NCBI RefSeq assembly: GCF_006345805.1
Contig: NC_043000.1
Coordinates: forward strand, 72,168,001-72,232,000
Source of the DNA: Octopus sinensis
Taxonomy: Eukaryota
Reading direction: 5' to 3'
DNA: 64,000 nt
Numbering within the stretch: position 1 is the stretch's first letter; each line of letters starts with the position of its first letter. Below, one piece after another: positions 28,387 through 41,039 of the stretch. The notes under the pieces were generated by a model, which was not told the DNA's origin, made no database searches, and worked only from the letters and a program-made list of their open reading frames with translations. Position numbers and translations under genes: made by a program.

Positions 28387-29426
28387 CTAAAACTTGTTGA
28401 AAAACATGAAAGACCGAAAAAATTTCACTCTATTCTGAAAGGGAGCAAAAAATTCGCTAATGATATCTTAGATACCTATCAGATTGATCAGGTTGAAGGA
28501 AATGCGCCAACTGCTGCTGCAAAGAAAATGAAATTAATTGCTAAGACATGAAAAATTAGCTAGCAGATGGGAACAGAAACCTCTGCATGTCAAGTGTGCG
28601 GCCCGTAGTAAACAAGCTGATGTCAACCAGAAACACACGCAGTAATGGTTACAAAGCTCAGGGCTAAAAGCAGAGAGTGAAGGTTTCATATTAGCCTTGT
28701 GATAAAAAATGGAGCTGACCAAAAATGCCGATTCTGTAACGATGAGATTGAAACTATATACCACCTAATCTCAGGGTGTAGAGTCGTAGCACCTGTAGAA
28801 TATAAAGCAAGACATGACAGAGACGGCCACTGGACAATATGTCGGCATTATAAAATGAAAACCGCTGACACCATCCTGAAGCTGTGACAGAGGGAGAAAA
28901 TGTGTCGATTCTCTGGGACTTCCCCGTACATACCGACAGAACTATAAAAGCTAATAAACCGGATATCATTATAAAAGATCCGACAAAAAAGGTGTGTTTA
29001 TTAATTGACATGAGTATTCCTTGCGATCACAATATAGCGGCGAAAGAATTTGACAAGATCAGTAAATATAAAGACTTGCAAATAGAAACTGAAAAAATGC
29101 GGCATCTCAAGGCGACTACAGTACCAGTAATTGTAGGATCTCTAGGAATGATAAAAATAGGTACTGAAACCTATTTGAAGATGATACCAAGCTTACCATC
29201 CCTACAGGAAGTGCAAAAAATCGTGTTAACTGGAATGACTCATGTACTGAAAAGAGCATTACCGCTGTGAAAACAACATCCATTCATGGATTTATTTATT
29301 TATTAATTTTACCTGTGAATTTGCGTGTAATCTGGGAATGCATACAATGAGCTTCTCTGCCCTAGGTGTACGGAAAACACTCGGCGAGAAATGGAAGAAA
29401 ATTTGAAGAGAGAAGGAAAAAAGAAC

Positions 29427-29427
<1 letters not shown>
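28386..29427 (+). mobile_element. R4/Dong-like LINE, 3' part (zinc knuckle and REL)
   Basis: DQKCRFC..ETIYHLISGC (CCHC) and LWDFPVHTDRTIKANKPD..IDMSIP; flanked by (AAT)n at 28327-85 and 29428-76. Confidence 0.9.
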
Positions 29428-29476
<49 letters not shown>

Positions 29477-29478
<2 letters not shown>

Positions 29479-29679
29479 GTTTCTACTATAGGTAGCAGGC
29501 CTGAAATTTGGTGGGAGGGGTAAAGTCGATTACATGGACTCCAGTACGTGACAGGTACTTAATTCATCGACCCCAAAAGGATGGAAGGCAAAGTCGACCT
29601 CGGCGGAATTTGAACTAGGAACGTAAAGACGGACGAAATACTGCGAAGCATTTTGACCGGCGTGCTAACGACTCTGCCA
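29477..29679 (-). mobile_element. SINE family B
   Basis: Same head and central domain as 10508-10700; its (ATT)n tail is the adjacent (AAT)n tract. Confidence 0.85.
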
Positions 29680-29691
29680 ATAATAATAATA

Positions 29692-29957
29692 TGCGACCAG
29701 TAAAGGTCATGCCTATCATAATTTGGGCGCTGGGATCAGTAAGCCAAGATATAGACAAATGGCTGAAGGAGATTGAAATGTAATACTCGGTAGAGCTCCT
29801 GTAGAAAGTTTGTCTCTTTGGACAGCAAGGATTATCAGGAGGATCCTAAGCACTTGTAAGACTGCCTAAAACTTGTGGATACCTAAAATTACAGGTAGTA
29901 ACCCGCTATCCACATAATCCCTACCAGGAATAAGACCGAATCTGAGACAAACCAAAA
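29692..29957 (+). mobile_element. R4/Dong-like LINE, extreme 3' fragment (third subfamily)
   Basis: VKVMPII..ALGSVSQDIDKWLKEI..LFGTARIIRRIL remnant followed by (AAT/GAT)n. Confidence 0.7.
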
Positions 29958-29976
29958 TGATAATGATAATAATAAT

Positions 29977-30164
29977 CCCTTCTTCTAAAGGCGCAAAGCC
30001 TGAAAATTTGGGAGAGGGAACTAGTCGATTAAATCAGCCCCAGTGTTTCACCGGTTCTTAATTTATCGACCCCGAAAGGCAAAGTCGACCTCGGTGAATT
30101 CAGAACTTAAAGATGGACGAAATACTGCTCAGCATTATGCCTCGCGCACTAACTATTCCGCCTC
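29977..30164 (-). mobile_element. SINE family B
   Basis: Same motifs as the other family B copies. Confidence 0.8.
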
Positions 30165-30213
30165 GATGATGATGATGATGATGATGATGATAATAATAAT
30201 AATAATAATAATA

Positions 30214-30264
<51 letters not shown>

Positions 30265-30267
<3 letters not shown>

Positions 30268-30830
30268 GCCCTGATATAGTACCGGCCAGTGGCTCGTATG
30301 ACTTTTGATCTTAACTGATTGGAAGTGTCATTATGTAAATTGTTTTGTCTTGGTATAAAAAGACGGGATACAGCAAATATTCTGCTCAATACCACAAATT
30401 TGCTTGTCAATTGTTTAACCTTAACCAGTTGAGAATGTCCTTTGTGGCTGACTATATGTGCATCTCTGATCATGAGCAAAGAAGCTGGGGAGAAGCTTAG
30501 CCATGTGTTGAGAGGAATTCTTTGGGGTTTGGATAATTCACCTCTGGAAACGTGGGCGTTTTGTTTAACATCCTTAAACAACCCTTATTCAGGGATCTTT
30601 TGAGCGGGATGTGCTACTCAGTCTTAAGAAAACTCTAACTGGGCCCCACCTGCAAGGTCATGCCCTGTTTATCTTGATATGAGATCACTATGTCCCGCAT
30701 ATTTGTTTATGATTCTTGTGCCTGGTGTACACTTATCAGACGGGTAGTCATGATGAGTATATTTGGCTTCGTATATTTGTACCCCAGTTTCACTTTGATC
30801 GCATGCGCTGCTCTTTTACTCAATAATAAT
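30265..30830 (-). mobile_element. About 565-bp non-coding retroposon-like repeat with (ATT)n tail
   Basis: Bounded by (AAT)n on both sides; the minus strand ends CAGGGCATTT(ATT)n. No coding capacity; family assignment rests on recall only. Confidence 0.55.
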
Positions 30831-30846
30831 AATGATAATAATAATA

Positions 30847-31240
30847 ATCCTTTCTACTATAGGAACAGGGCCTGAAATTTTAGAGGAGGGGCCACTTTAT
30901 TAGACTCCAGTACGCAACTGGCACTTAATTTATCGACTCCAAAAGAATGAAAGGCAATGTCAACCTCGGTGGATTTTAAACTCTGAATGTAAAAGCAGAT
31001 GAAATGCTGCTAAGCATTTTGCCCGGCAAGCTAACGATTCTACCAGCTCACCGCCTTAATAATCCTTTCTACTATTGGCACAAGGCCTGAAATTTTCTTT
31101 TTTTCGATGTCGGGGATAGTCGATTACATCGACCCCAGTTTTTCACTGGTAATTTCATCCAAAAGGATGAAAGGCAAAGTCGATTTCGGCGGAATTTGAA
31201 CTCAGAACGTAGCGACAGGTGAAATACCTATTTCTTTACT
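30847..31240 (-). mobile_element. Two tandem SINE family B copies
   Basis: Full copy at 30847-31058 and a 5'-truncated copy at 31062-31240. Confidence 0.8.
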
Positions 31241-31337
31241 ACCCGCACAATTTAACAGCACAATTAAATGTACGATAAAAAAAAATTAAGGAGGTAAGCA
31301 CCTGCCAATGTATACAAACTGCACAATTGCAAAAACT

Positions 31338-31775
31338 GGATCTTTTCAATTCTGAAGCCAGTTTTTTCAAATTTTTCCTACTGAACCAAACAATTTGAAA
31401 CTTCGTATACTGGTAGAATGTGTCAAAAGTAAACTTAATTGTAAACCAGAATGAAAACGGAATTGTAACTTCTAAGTTTAACGTTGTTTAATAATTAGAA
31501 TTTTAACCAATGATATTCCGTCATTCGGCTTTATTTTATTTACTCCGTCTCGACCACCAATAGAATGCAGTCAAGTTTTACACATTAAAACAAACAATCT
31601 GATTGGTTAAAATTCGCAGTTTTTATCTACGATTAAAGTCATAAAATAGATTTTTCTCAAATAAACTAGTTCCAACCTGTGTCTTGTTTTGCTAGACTCT
31701 ATCAGCATACGAAGTTTCAGATTATTTAGTTAAGTAGAAAGATCTGTGGTCCTGGCTTCAGAATTGAAAAGATCC
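31338..31775. mobile_element. Mutator-like non-autonomous TIR element (MITE)
   Basis: Termini GGATCTTTTCAATTCTGAAGCCAG / CTGGCTTCAGAATTGAAAAGATCC; 8-bp TSD CAAAAACT at 31330-37 and 31776-83; related to 41880-43380. Confidence 0.85.
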
Positions 31776-31968
31776 CAAAAACTGTAAACCACAGCAAAAC
31801 TTATAAAAAGAAAAGAAATTCAAAAATTCAACTATGTTGATCAGTATATATATATATATATATATAATTATTTTTTGTATTAGTAATTAAAAATAGAACA
31901 AAGTGAATTGGTTCTTTTCAAGGCCAAGGTCAGCGCTCTCATTGATCGCTAGTAGTAGTAAACACACT

Positions 31969-31984
31969 TGACCTCTGCTGACCT
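31969..31984 (-). promoter_or_regulatory. Perfect DR4 nuclear-receptor-type direct repeat (AGGTCA-N4-AGGTCA)
   Basis: TGACCT ctgc TGACCT on +, with a third AGGTCA at 31927-32, in apparently unique sequence. Confidence 0.3.
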
Positions 31985-32186
31985 CAAGGGTGTGAGGCCT
32001 CTTTTGTCTCCTTATCGCACAGGAATGCCAATTGCTGATCTCATCACCATCCGCTAAGTCTATTTACAGACCTGTAGAATTTAATCTGTTCACCAAACTA
32101 CTTCTCTTACTCCTACTATTCCCTAAACCCTCACATATTTATAATTATCTCAAGTACAAGACAAAAGTTGAAACTAAACAACGTTT

Positions 32187-33079
32187 AACTAGAAAAGCAC
32201 TCGGAGAGCGCAGACCTCCGCCAAGCAGCTCATTTCCACCCGTGTACACCTGTCTTTATTCATAAAGAAGAATGTTTCAAAATGTGCCCAATTCTAATTT
32301 ATTCGATACAGAAACGGCTTTGTCTAGACTGAAATTAAATATAAGTAAATTCTAGATTTACTTTGAAACTAGAAAAGCACTCGGAGAACGCAGACCTCCG
32401 CCAAGTAGCTCATTTCCACCCATATACACGCATGCTAAAAATCGCCCAATTTCCCAAACCAACGCCGGCAAAAACATAATTTTCTTGGCGAGGTTAAAAA
32501 AAAGAAATAGCTCAGCCATATGATTTTTTAAAAAATCCTTTAAAAACAAGAGTCATCTGAAGCAGTTATAATACATCAATGGCAACAATAAGCTAGTTTC
32601 ACAGCGGCGGTGAAGGGAGCAAAGCCTGAGATTTTTGAGTCGATCCCAATAATCAAGGTTTGTCATGTCATCCTCCGCAGACCTCCGCCAAACAGCTCAT
32701 TTTAAGATAGATACGCGAGTAAAATTACTAATAGAGAAAGGAAAATAAACTTTGGAAACAGCAACGCCACCATAGGTTAAGTGGAAACGATGAACGTGTT
32801 TTCAAAGTAGATAAAGAACGTAAAATTGTAATACTTCATGTAAAGTAAATGTAACAAATGAAAAATCATTCAAGAATCTGTAAAATTCCCAGATCACTAC
32901 CAAAATTTCATCCTCTGTTCCTTGTGTCATTTCATACTCTGTTCCTTGTATCATTACCAACTTTTCCTGCAAGTTTCATCAAATACCGTTCGCAACTTTT
33001 TGAGTTATTTTGCACACAGTCGGACAGACAGACAAACCAATGCCGACGAAAACATAACATCCTTCCTTGGCGGAGGTAA
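32187..33079 (+). mobile_element. Helentron-type non-autonomous element (HINE/DINE-like) with duplicated 5' end
   Basis: AACTAGAAAAGCACTCGGAG..CCTCCGCCAAG occurs at 32187 and about 32368; 3' subTIR CTTGGCGGAGG at 33066-76, preceded by (GACA)n. Confidence 0.75.
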
Positions 33080-33156
33080 TAATACCTTTTAATAATAAAT
33101 GGAAATAATAATAATAATGATGGCAATAATAGTGATAATAATGATAATGATAATAA

Positions 33157-34665
33157 TTATAATTTAGCCAAAACTCATGCCGGATCAGAGGAAATATTAA
33201 CAATGACAAATTGTAAAAAAATGAAAATAATATCAGTGATGATAATAATAATAATGAAATAAAGCGGTTGGAATCTCCCCATATCCTGATTGATGATACA
33301 TCTAGTGATGGTGTCACAATAAAAACACCGGTAACTGTGCAACCTGATAATCGTTACCTCATATGAGTGACAACGAAAAAGCAAAATATTATGAATAAAA
33401 GTGGTAATGAAACTGAAGCCCTCGATGGTGCTAGTGTTGCACTCGGCAGGCTCAGAGACACTGGTCAGACTCCAGCCTATCGTTATCCAGCAAGGGACCA
33501 GCACACATGACATAGTTAGAACAAATAAGTCAATGCTGTGGCCATGGAGTGTTACTACATGAACAACCCCGTAGACGAAAATGGTGTTCATCTTAGGGGA
33601 TACCGACAACGTATGTATGATCAATGGAAAGAAAGAGGATTGTTTCAAAAATCGTCGGTTCAAAGAAGTAGAGCTCGAAGCTATCAAAAGACGGGTATTG
33701 GAAAATAGCAGCAGAGGAAACGATGAAAATACAATTCATACCAATAAGAGTAATCTCATAGTAGAAAACAGAAGTGAAATCTCTAATAAACCACAGGAAA
33801 GGAACAATGATAGCTTACTCGATGAGAGATTATAGATAGTTTGGAAGACAATAAAACTAATGGTGACATGACAGCTGGGCAGAAAGCAATCAATCTACGA
33901 CAGAATAACAGCAAGACTACAGGAGAACGATAGCGACATTATTTGCAACCTTAAAAATGTTGATCGGTGGGAATTGAACCAAGAAAAGAAAAATGTCAAT
34001 GATATTCTGAAATACATCAGAACAAACAACATCACAGAAACAAATAATTTGATCAAGGCAGCAAGTATTGTTGCGGTAGAAAATGTGGGTGTTAATTTCA
34101 AGGAAAAGAAATATAATGGGAGTGACAAATGAAAATATCAATGGTGGAAAAGAAGAATACATGCGGGGTTAGATATGCTCTCGAAAGACATTTCTGTGTT
34201 AGACCGAAAAGAGAAGGGGGAGGTCAAAAGCGAACACAAATACAGAGCACTGAACAAGAAAATTGATATTCAGTGCGACAATGAGATAGAGATTAGTAAA
34301 CCAGACATAGTGTTGAGAAAGAATGCAAACCATGCTGGATCCTAAATATAGCATGCCCAGCTGACAAGAAGGTATGCGATAAGGGAGAAAGAAAAGTCGA
34401 TAGATATGACAAGTTAGCTTGAGAGGTTAAGCAGTTGTGGACGATGAAAAAGGTGGTAGTAGTACCAGTAATTGTCGGATCCCGGGGAATAGTGAGTAAA
34501 AATCTTGAGAAGTACATGGAACAAATAGGGGCTCTAATAAAAATGGAGCACTTGCATAAAACAGCACTGGTTAGAACCACTCGAATACTCCGGAAGGTAC
34601 TCGAAAAGTAGTGAACAGCTGGCACCGTAGTACGTCTCCAACGTTAGAAGCTGTGTAAAGTCAAT
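33157..34665 (+). mobile_element. Internally deleted R4/Dong-like LINE retaining both 5' and 3' regions
   Basis: N-terminal MECYYMNNP..GYRQRMYDQWKERG and TNNITETNNLI..WWKRR join directly to REL KPD..IACPAD..RILRKVLEK*. Confidence 0.8.
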
Positions 34666-34699
34666 AGATAACAACAACAACAACAACAATAATAATAAT

Positions 34700-37145
34700 A
34701 ATTATTATTATTATTATTAGCAAGGCCTCCCGGTAGCACTCCAAGCGAGGGATTTCTAGCGAGGGATTTCTAGCAGTCCTCCAGAACAGACTGGTCAGTT
34801 CGAATTCGTCGACGTCCAGTGCCTCTCCGAGTGCGTCATCACACTTTCCCACTACTAACCCTCTATTGAATTTGAGAGTGGATTTTCCACTGAACTATTT
34901 TCCCGCCTGGTAGAGGGCAGTGAGCGCCTGGCAAGATTCCAGATGCCGGTCACCCTGCCTAGGTTTCTTCTTGACTCAAGACTGCAGCTCAGTTAAGCAG
35001 ACGAGCTGGAGAAAGGCCGCTTTAACAAATGGTGACCACACCTGTTCACCGTTTAGGCAGAATATCTGGAGATGCTGCAGCCTCAGCGCGTGTCTACGCA
35101 TTATTAGCCACTGCATGTCCAGCCCTGCACGTAGAGGGTGCTAGCAGCAGTGGACCGCCTCACCAACGGAACCTGTCCCCTCCACAAGAATTTGAAGAGG
35201 AGTTGCTCCAACTTGGCAAGGCGCAAACGGGAGCAAGGCATGACGGTCAGGCGGTAGTAAATGATAGACGCAATGTACGCATAAGCCACTTCTGCCCGAC
35301 CTTTCAGTGACAGTTTCCTCGCAGCCTATTTCTGGGTGAAACTGGCTACTCTGTTCGTCACCTCATTCAAATTGTTATCCACCTGGAGGTCTGGTCCGAA
35401 CCAATCTCCAAGCAACTTTACCGGTCCGTCCGTCCGTTAGACGGCATGGACTTGCCTCTTCAGGTGCCGAGCTGCAAGCCCACCGACTTATCCGTGTTAA
35501 GTTTTCCTCCTGTCAACTTTTCATATTCCTCCAATGATGTGCCAACCACCTCGATTCCTGAAGTGTTCGACACTATCACGGTGATGTCATCCGCACAAGC
35601 CGACATAGTCCTTCTGCGTCCCGGTTCAAGTGGGATACCCTGCAGCAGCTCCAGCTTCCGCAGTAGATGCTCAAGAATCAATACATACAGAAAGGAGGAG
35701 AGAGGGCACCCTTGACGGACCGATCGGGAGATCTGAAATGGTTCCGAGAGGTGGCCATTAACTTTGACCACCGAGCAGATGCCACAGTGTATTGCAGTGA
35801 TCCAGCCTCTGAAGACGGGGCCGAAGCCAGCTGCCTTGAGGACAACTCCATGTACCGATGGTCAACCCTATCGAATGCTTTCGAGTGATCTAAACTGATC
35901 AGAGACCCACCGAAACCAGGTTTTCACCCTACCCTTTCTATGATGTATCACATGATGTATCACCATAGGAGGTTGTCGTGTATGGACCTGGTAGGGATTG
36001 CTTAGGTTTGCGCCTCCCTAACCAAATACTTGACGATAAGCGAAAGCCTCTTCGCTAATAATACCTTGGCCAAAATCTTTAAAAGATTTAACTTGTGATC
36101 TGACTAGGCAACTGTTTTCAAAAGTGGATATCCTACACTATTACTGTCTATTTTCCTAGTGAAAATCCTGTCTATATACGACATAGATGACCCCATGCGG
36201 TTGGGTACCGGACGATCGACCTTTCCTCGAGATCTAGGTCGTTCCTAATCAGCATTGCCACCTCCCATTCCTGGCCTACTAACAGATGCAAAGATCTGAT
36301 AGTCGTCGAAAATGGCGTTTGCTGACAGCAATTACATCCAGTTCTAAAGACCTGAGGTCGTTGGGCAGACGCTCCTGCTCCCAGGTCGATCCCAGGCCTC
36401 AAATATTTAAACTTCTTACTCTTAATATGGCTATGGTGACGGGCTAATAAGACAGAGAGGAAAGGTTTCCTTACCTCCTGATGTCTTGTGTAGGTTGGGT
36501 GGTTCGACTTCCCTAACTGGTGGGGTTATTTTTTTTGGGGGGGGGGGACTCCTTTAAAAGTCTCCATATGCATTCTAATTTCAGGGTTCCCACGTCCCGA
36601 CGAAAGTTCTCTTGAATTCTTGTAAAAGAATCGAGCGGCATTCGCACCAGAAACAAATCTGGTACGTGAAAAGCACTCGATTCAATTTCAGTGCTTTGTA
36701 TTACGAGGGCTTTGTTGGCCCTTCTGATAACTGCGAAGTTGAATTTTTTTGTTGGTGTGGTTTTATTTGTTTGTTTGACTGTGCTGGTGATGATTTTGAC
36801 GGTGTTGTTTCAGTCTGTGTTTGCTATGAGTGAGGTATCTGCGTTTGCAGATGTTTGTCAGTGTTGGTCTTGTGTCTGTTTAGGTTGTTTGCATTTGGGG
36901 GATTTTGGTGCTGGTGCTGGTGCTGGTGTTGGTTGTGTTGGTGTTGGTGTTATTGGGGAGGTGTTTGTGAGCCATTTTGACTATATTCACCCACTTTTCA
37001 GCAAATTTACTGGGTTAGGGAAGCATCACTTCTCTCTCCATTCTTATCTCCCTTTCCAAGTGAAACTTGAATAAGTTGATGAGAGATTGGCCGAAGAGAA
37101 AAGTGTCTGTCTTCAGTCTTTTCAACCGGGTGCATCATACAAGCT
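34700..37145 (-). mobile_element. Degenerate Tx1-like (L1 superfamily) LINE with deletions
   Basis: RT SVRQGCPLS..ADDITV..KSVGLQLG and LFKFLWRG..LVRRS; ORF1-like and endonuclease remnants at 36.2-37.0 kb. Confidence 0.8.
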
Positions 37146-37164
37146 TTTTCGTAATAATAATAAT

Positions 37165-37245
<81 letters not shown>

Positions 37246-37246
<1 letters not shown>

Positions 37247-38940
37247 TGAAAGAAATGGCCTGAAAGTAATAGTGGAGGAACTAAAACAGCGCCTCATTGC
37301 ATAGAAAGCAAAGATGGTAAGATACGACCAAAGAATGAAGGGTTACCACCAGAATAGCTTATTCAGAGTAGATCAGAAGAGATTCTACAAAGAAATAAAT
37401 GGAGAGTGTACAGATGAAAAGTTGATACTAGATAACATTGAAAGTCAAAGATTTTGGAGTGACATCTGGAGCAAAAACAAAGAACACAAGAAGGATGCTG
37501 AGTAGTTGCAAGAACTGAAACAAATAGTAGTCTGTTCAAAACAGGCAGAACTAGTCATTTGAGTTAAGGAAATGAAGGAATTCAGCAAAAAAATGGGCAA
37601 CTGGAAGGCCCCGGGACCAGATGGAGTTGAAGGCTACTGGATGCAAGATTTGCTGAATGTCATGCACGAATAGATGCGCAACTCAACACCTTGTTAAATG
37701 CTGACCAAGTAATAGAAGAGTGGTTGACATTGGGTAGGACAGTAGTGTGCTTGAAAAACATCGAAAAAGGCAATACGCTAGGCAATTACAGGCCGATATC
37801 TTTTTTGCCACTTATGTGGAAGTTATTGATTGGAATACTCCCAGAGTCCTGCCACATGAGCAGAAGGGTTGCAAGCGTGAGTGCAGAGGCACCAAGGATC
37901 AACTCCTGATAGACAAAATTATATTTAGAGACTTCAAGGGGAGGAAAACTAACTTAGCCATGTCATGGATCGACTATCGTAAATCGTCCGATATGATCCC
38001 GCATTCTTGGATTATGGAGTGTATGAACCTATTTGGTATTGCATCGAATGTTGAGCGATTGATTGGAAAAAGTATGGCGAATTGGAGGACGGATATGGCA
38101 GCATGAAGGAAACTGAAAATAGGTGGGTAAAGAAAAGAATGCATGGTCAATTTCATAGGGATGTTGAAGATAAGACAAGACAGAGAAAAAAGGTGGCTGT
38201 GGATGATTAAAAGTGATTTAAAACCGGAAACGGAGGATCTAATCTGTGCTGCCCAGGTGCAAGCACTAACAACAAACTACATAAAATACAGAATAGACAA
38301 CACAGCAGAAAGTGATAAGTGCAGAAACTATGGGAAAAAACGGTGAAGCCAATGTACGCCACTAGCCCAGAAGGAATATGAGAGACGTTACGACAATATA
38401 GCAAGGATTGTCCATTGGACAATTTGCAACAAGTTTGGACTTGACAGAGCAAAAAACTGGTACGACCACAACCCTGAAGGCATCGTCGAAAACAGAAATG
38501 CAAAGATCCTATTTTACGATTCAGTACGACTATAAGATAGAGAATAGGAAGCCGGGCACAGTCTTAATTGAGAAAGAAAGCAAATTATGCTGGATTATAG
38601 ATATAGCATGCCCAGCTGACAACAAAGTATGCGATAAGGAAGAAAGAAAAGTCGAGAGATATGACAGGTTAGCTTGAGAAGTTAAGCAGTTGTGGTCGAT
38701 GAAAAGGTAGCAGTAGTACCCATAATTGTCGGAGCCCTGAGAACAGTGCGCAAAAGTCTCGAGAAATACTTGGAACAAATAGGGGCTGCAATAAGGGTGG
38801 AGCACTTCCAGAAAACAACACTGTTTGGAACCGCTCGAATACTCCGGAATGCGCTCGAAAAATAAGAGGTGTCACCTTTGTTCACTGGTAGTGAACAGCT
38901 GACACTGAAGTACATCTCCAGCGTTAGAAGCTTTGCAAAA
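37246..38940 (+). mobile_element. R4/Dong-like LINE with deletions
   Basis: [56 protein letters not shown], zinc knuckle and REL remnants; flanked by (AAT)n. Confidence 0.9.
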
Positions 38941-38957
38941 ACAATAACAATAACAAC

Positions 38958-39014
<57 letters not shown>

Positions 39015-39018
<4 letters not shown>

Positions 39019-39237
39019 TAAAGGTCTCAAATTTTGCCACAAAGACAGCAATTTCAAGGGAAGGGATGAGTTGATTACATCCGCTCAAGCGTTCGACTGG
39101 TACTTATTTTATCGACCCCGAAAGTATGAAAGGCAAAGCCGACCTCGGTAGAATTTGAACTCAGAATGTAGCGACGGGCCAAATGCCGGTAAGCATTTCG
39201 TCAAGCGCGCTAACGATTCTACCAGTTCACCATCACC

Positions 39238-39289
<52 letters not shown>

Positions 39290-39407
39290 CTGGTACATCA
39301 CACGTATTGAGAAGAGCATTGTCGATGTGAGAACTGTTGCTGCTCATGTATTTTAATTTAACTTAAATTAACAAGAAATGGAAGCAAATTTGAAAGAAGA
39401 AAAAAAA

Positions 39408-39449
<42 letters not shown>

Positions 39450-39655
39450 GTTTCAAATTTTGCTACAAGGGCAGCCATTTTGATGGAAGGGTTATGTCGA
39501 TTTCATTGAGCCCAGTGTTTCATTGGTACTTAATTTATCGACCCCGATAGGATGAAAAGCAGTGTCGACCTCGGCGGAATTTGAACTCAGCACGTAAAGG
39601 CGGAAGTAATGCCGCTAAGCATTTCGCTCTGCGTGTTAACGATTCTGCCAGTGTC
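39015..39655 (-). mobile_element. Two SINE family B copies (39015-39237, 39448-39655) bracketing a tiny Dong 3' fragment (39287-39410, +)
   Basis: Family B motifs; the fragment matches the end of the 13964-14462 copy; pieces are separated by (AAT)n. Confidence 0.8.
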
Positions 39656-39772
39656 CAGCCTTATTATTATTGGGAGTGTACAAACTCTTCCCGGTACAGT
39701 ATTGTGTTGATTTTTTCGTTTGTTGCGTTACTGCTTCTACTATGTGTTGAGTGTGTAATGCCTTGGTTTATC

Positions 39773-40161
39773 AATTTAATAATAAATTTTACCAAGTAGT
39801 TTCGGTATGGAAAAGAACCATATTCGTTAAAAAATCTTATACAAGAAGTTTTTTTATATATAATTATAACAATAATTAAAGGTTTAGCAACAAGTTGCTT
39901 CACCACATACAGAAAATTTAGAAATAGCAGCCAAAAGACTGTTATTTCTTTTCACTACAAAATATGACTCCACATATAACAATATCTGTAACTCGCGTAA
40001 GTAAAAAGAAGGAAAAACAATGAAATCAAACAGTCTTCGATTAATTACGGACGCGTTTCTGGATTAGAATTATAAAAAAATTCCTTTCTTTTGTCAACAT
40101 AATATTTCGAGAATTATAAATTTCAAATTTCAAACTACTTGGTAAAATTTATTATTAAATT
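39773..40161 (-). mobile_element. Hammerhead-bearing element with a perfect 30-bp terminal inverted duplication; diverged relative of 54850-56028
   Basis: 39773-39802 is the exact reverse complement of 40132-40161; shares AAGGTTTAGCAAC..TTAGAAATAGCAG and ACCAAGTAGT with the 55-kb element. Confidence 0.7.
40044..40103 (-). ncRNA. Degenerate type I hammerhead motif
   Basis: Minus strand: stem I ATTATG/CGTAAT, core TTGACAA (two changes from CTGANGA), GAAA-CGCG-TC. Confidence 0.4.
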
Positions 40162-40189
40162 AATAATTTTTTAACCCTATATCTATAAT

Positions 40190-40190
40190 G

Positions 40191-40264
<74 letters not shown>

Positions 40265-40353
40265 TAGATATATATACACACATGCATGCTTGCATACATA
40301 CATACCCACACATGTATGTATGTATGTATGTATGTATGTATGTATGTATGTAT

Positions 40354-40387
<34 letters not shown>

Positions 40388-40390
40388 GTA
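40190..40390. repeat. (TA)n/(TATG)n microsatellite
   Basis: Read directly. Confidence 0.95.
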
Positions 40391-41039
40391 GCGGAATGTA
40401 TACCCAAGCTGTTGTTGATGTAGCAGATGAGGATAGGCGTGTTAACGACATCCAAGTTAAACAAAGAGGAAAGTATCGGATTGTAGTTTAAATATTTTAT
40501 TTGATCCACACTTACATTTACATATTGGATACACAGAGTTTGATTCACAATATCAATGAAGGCTGCTAAATGAAGTTACCAACTGCTTCGAGTTGGCGAA
40601 GTAAAAAGGAACAACAGAAGAAATATTGTGTCGATGTGATGAGGTAGAACCAGGCATGTTTTGTGTCTGTGTGTGCGTTGGTCGTTTGATAGGGTCACTA
40701 GTTGTCTGCCTACCTGTCGTGTGTCTGACTGTATTTATAATGGTCATCCTAGGTAGAAGATCATAGAAGTAATTGCGCCTGCTGTCTACTTGAACCCTTA
40801 GTGACACAACCCAGGTCGGATGTCGAATGGAAATCCATCATCACTTTTTGACAGAACAAAGAAATTTCTTTCGCGCCTGTTCGGCCAGTAGTGAATCAGG
40901 CGAGTGAGAATCCTTAGATTCGGTTTCGAATCTCAACTCGGAAAAGGAAATGTTAGCTTTTACATATATATTGTATAACTGCAACAAGTTTAACCCTTTA
41001 ACATAAGTAGAAAAAAAAATTAATTCTTCGTGTTTATAT

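Noticed and set aside
30700-30830. Possible ribozyme at the 5' end of the 565-bp repeat (TACCCGTCTGATAAGTGTA)
   Set aside because: Neither a hammerhead GAAA partner nor an HDV double pseudoknot could be built by eye.
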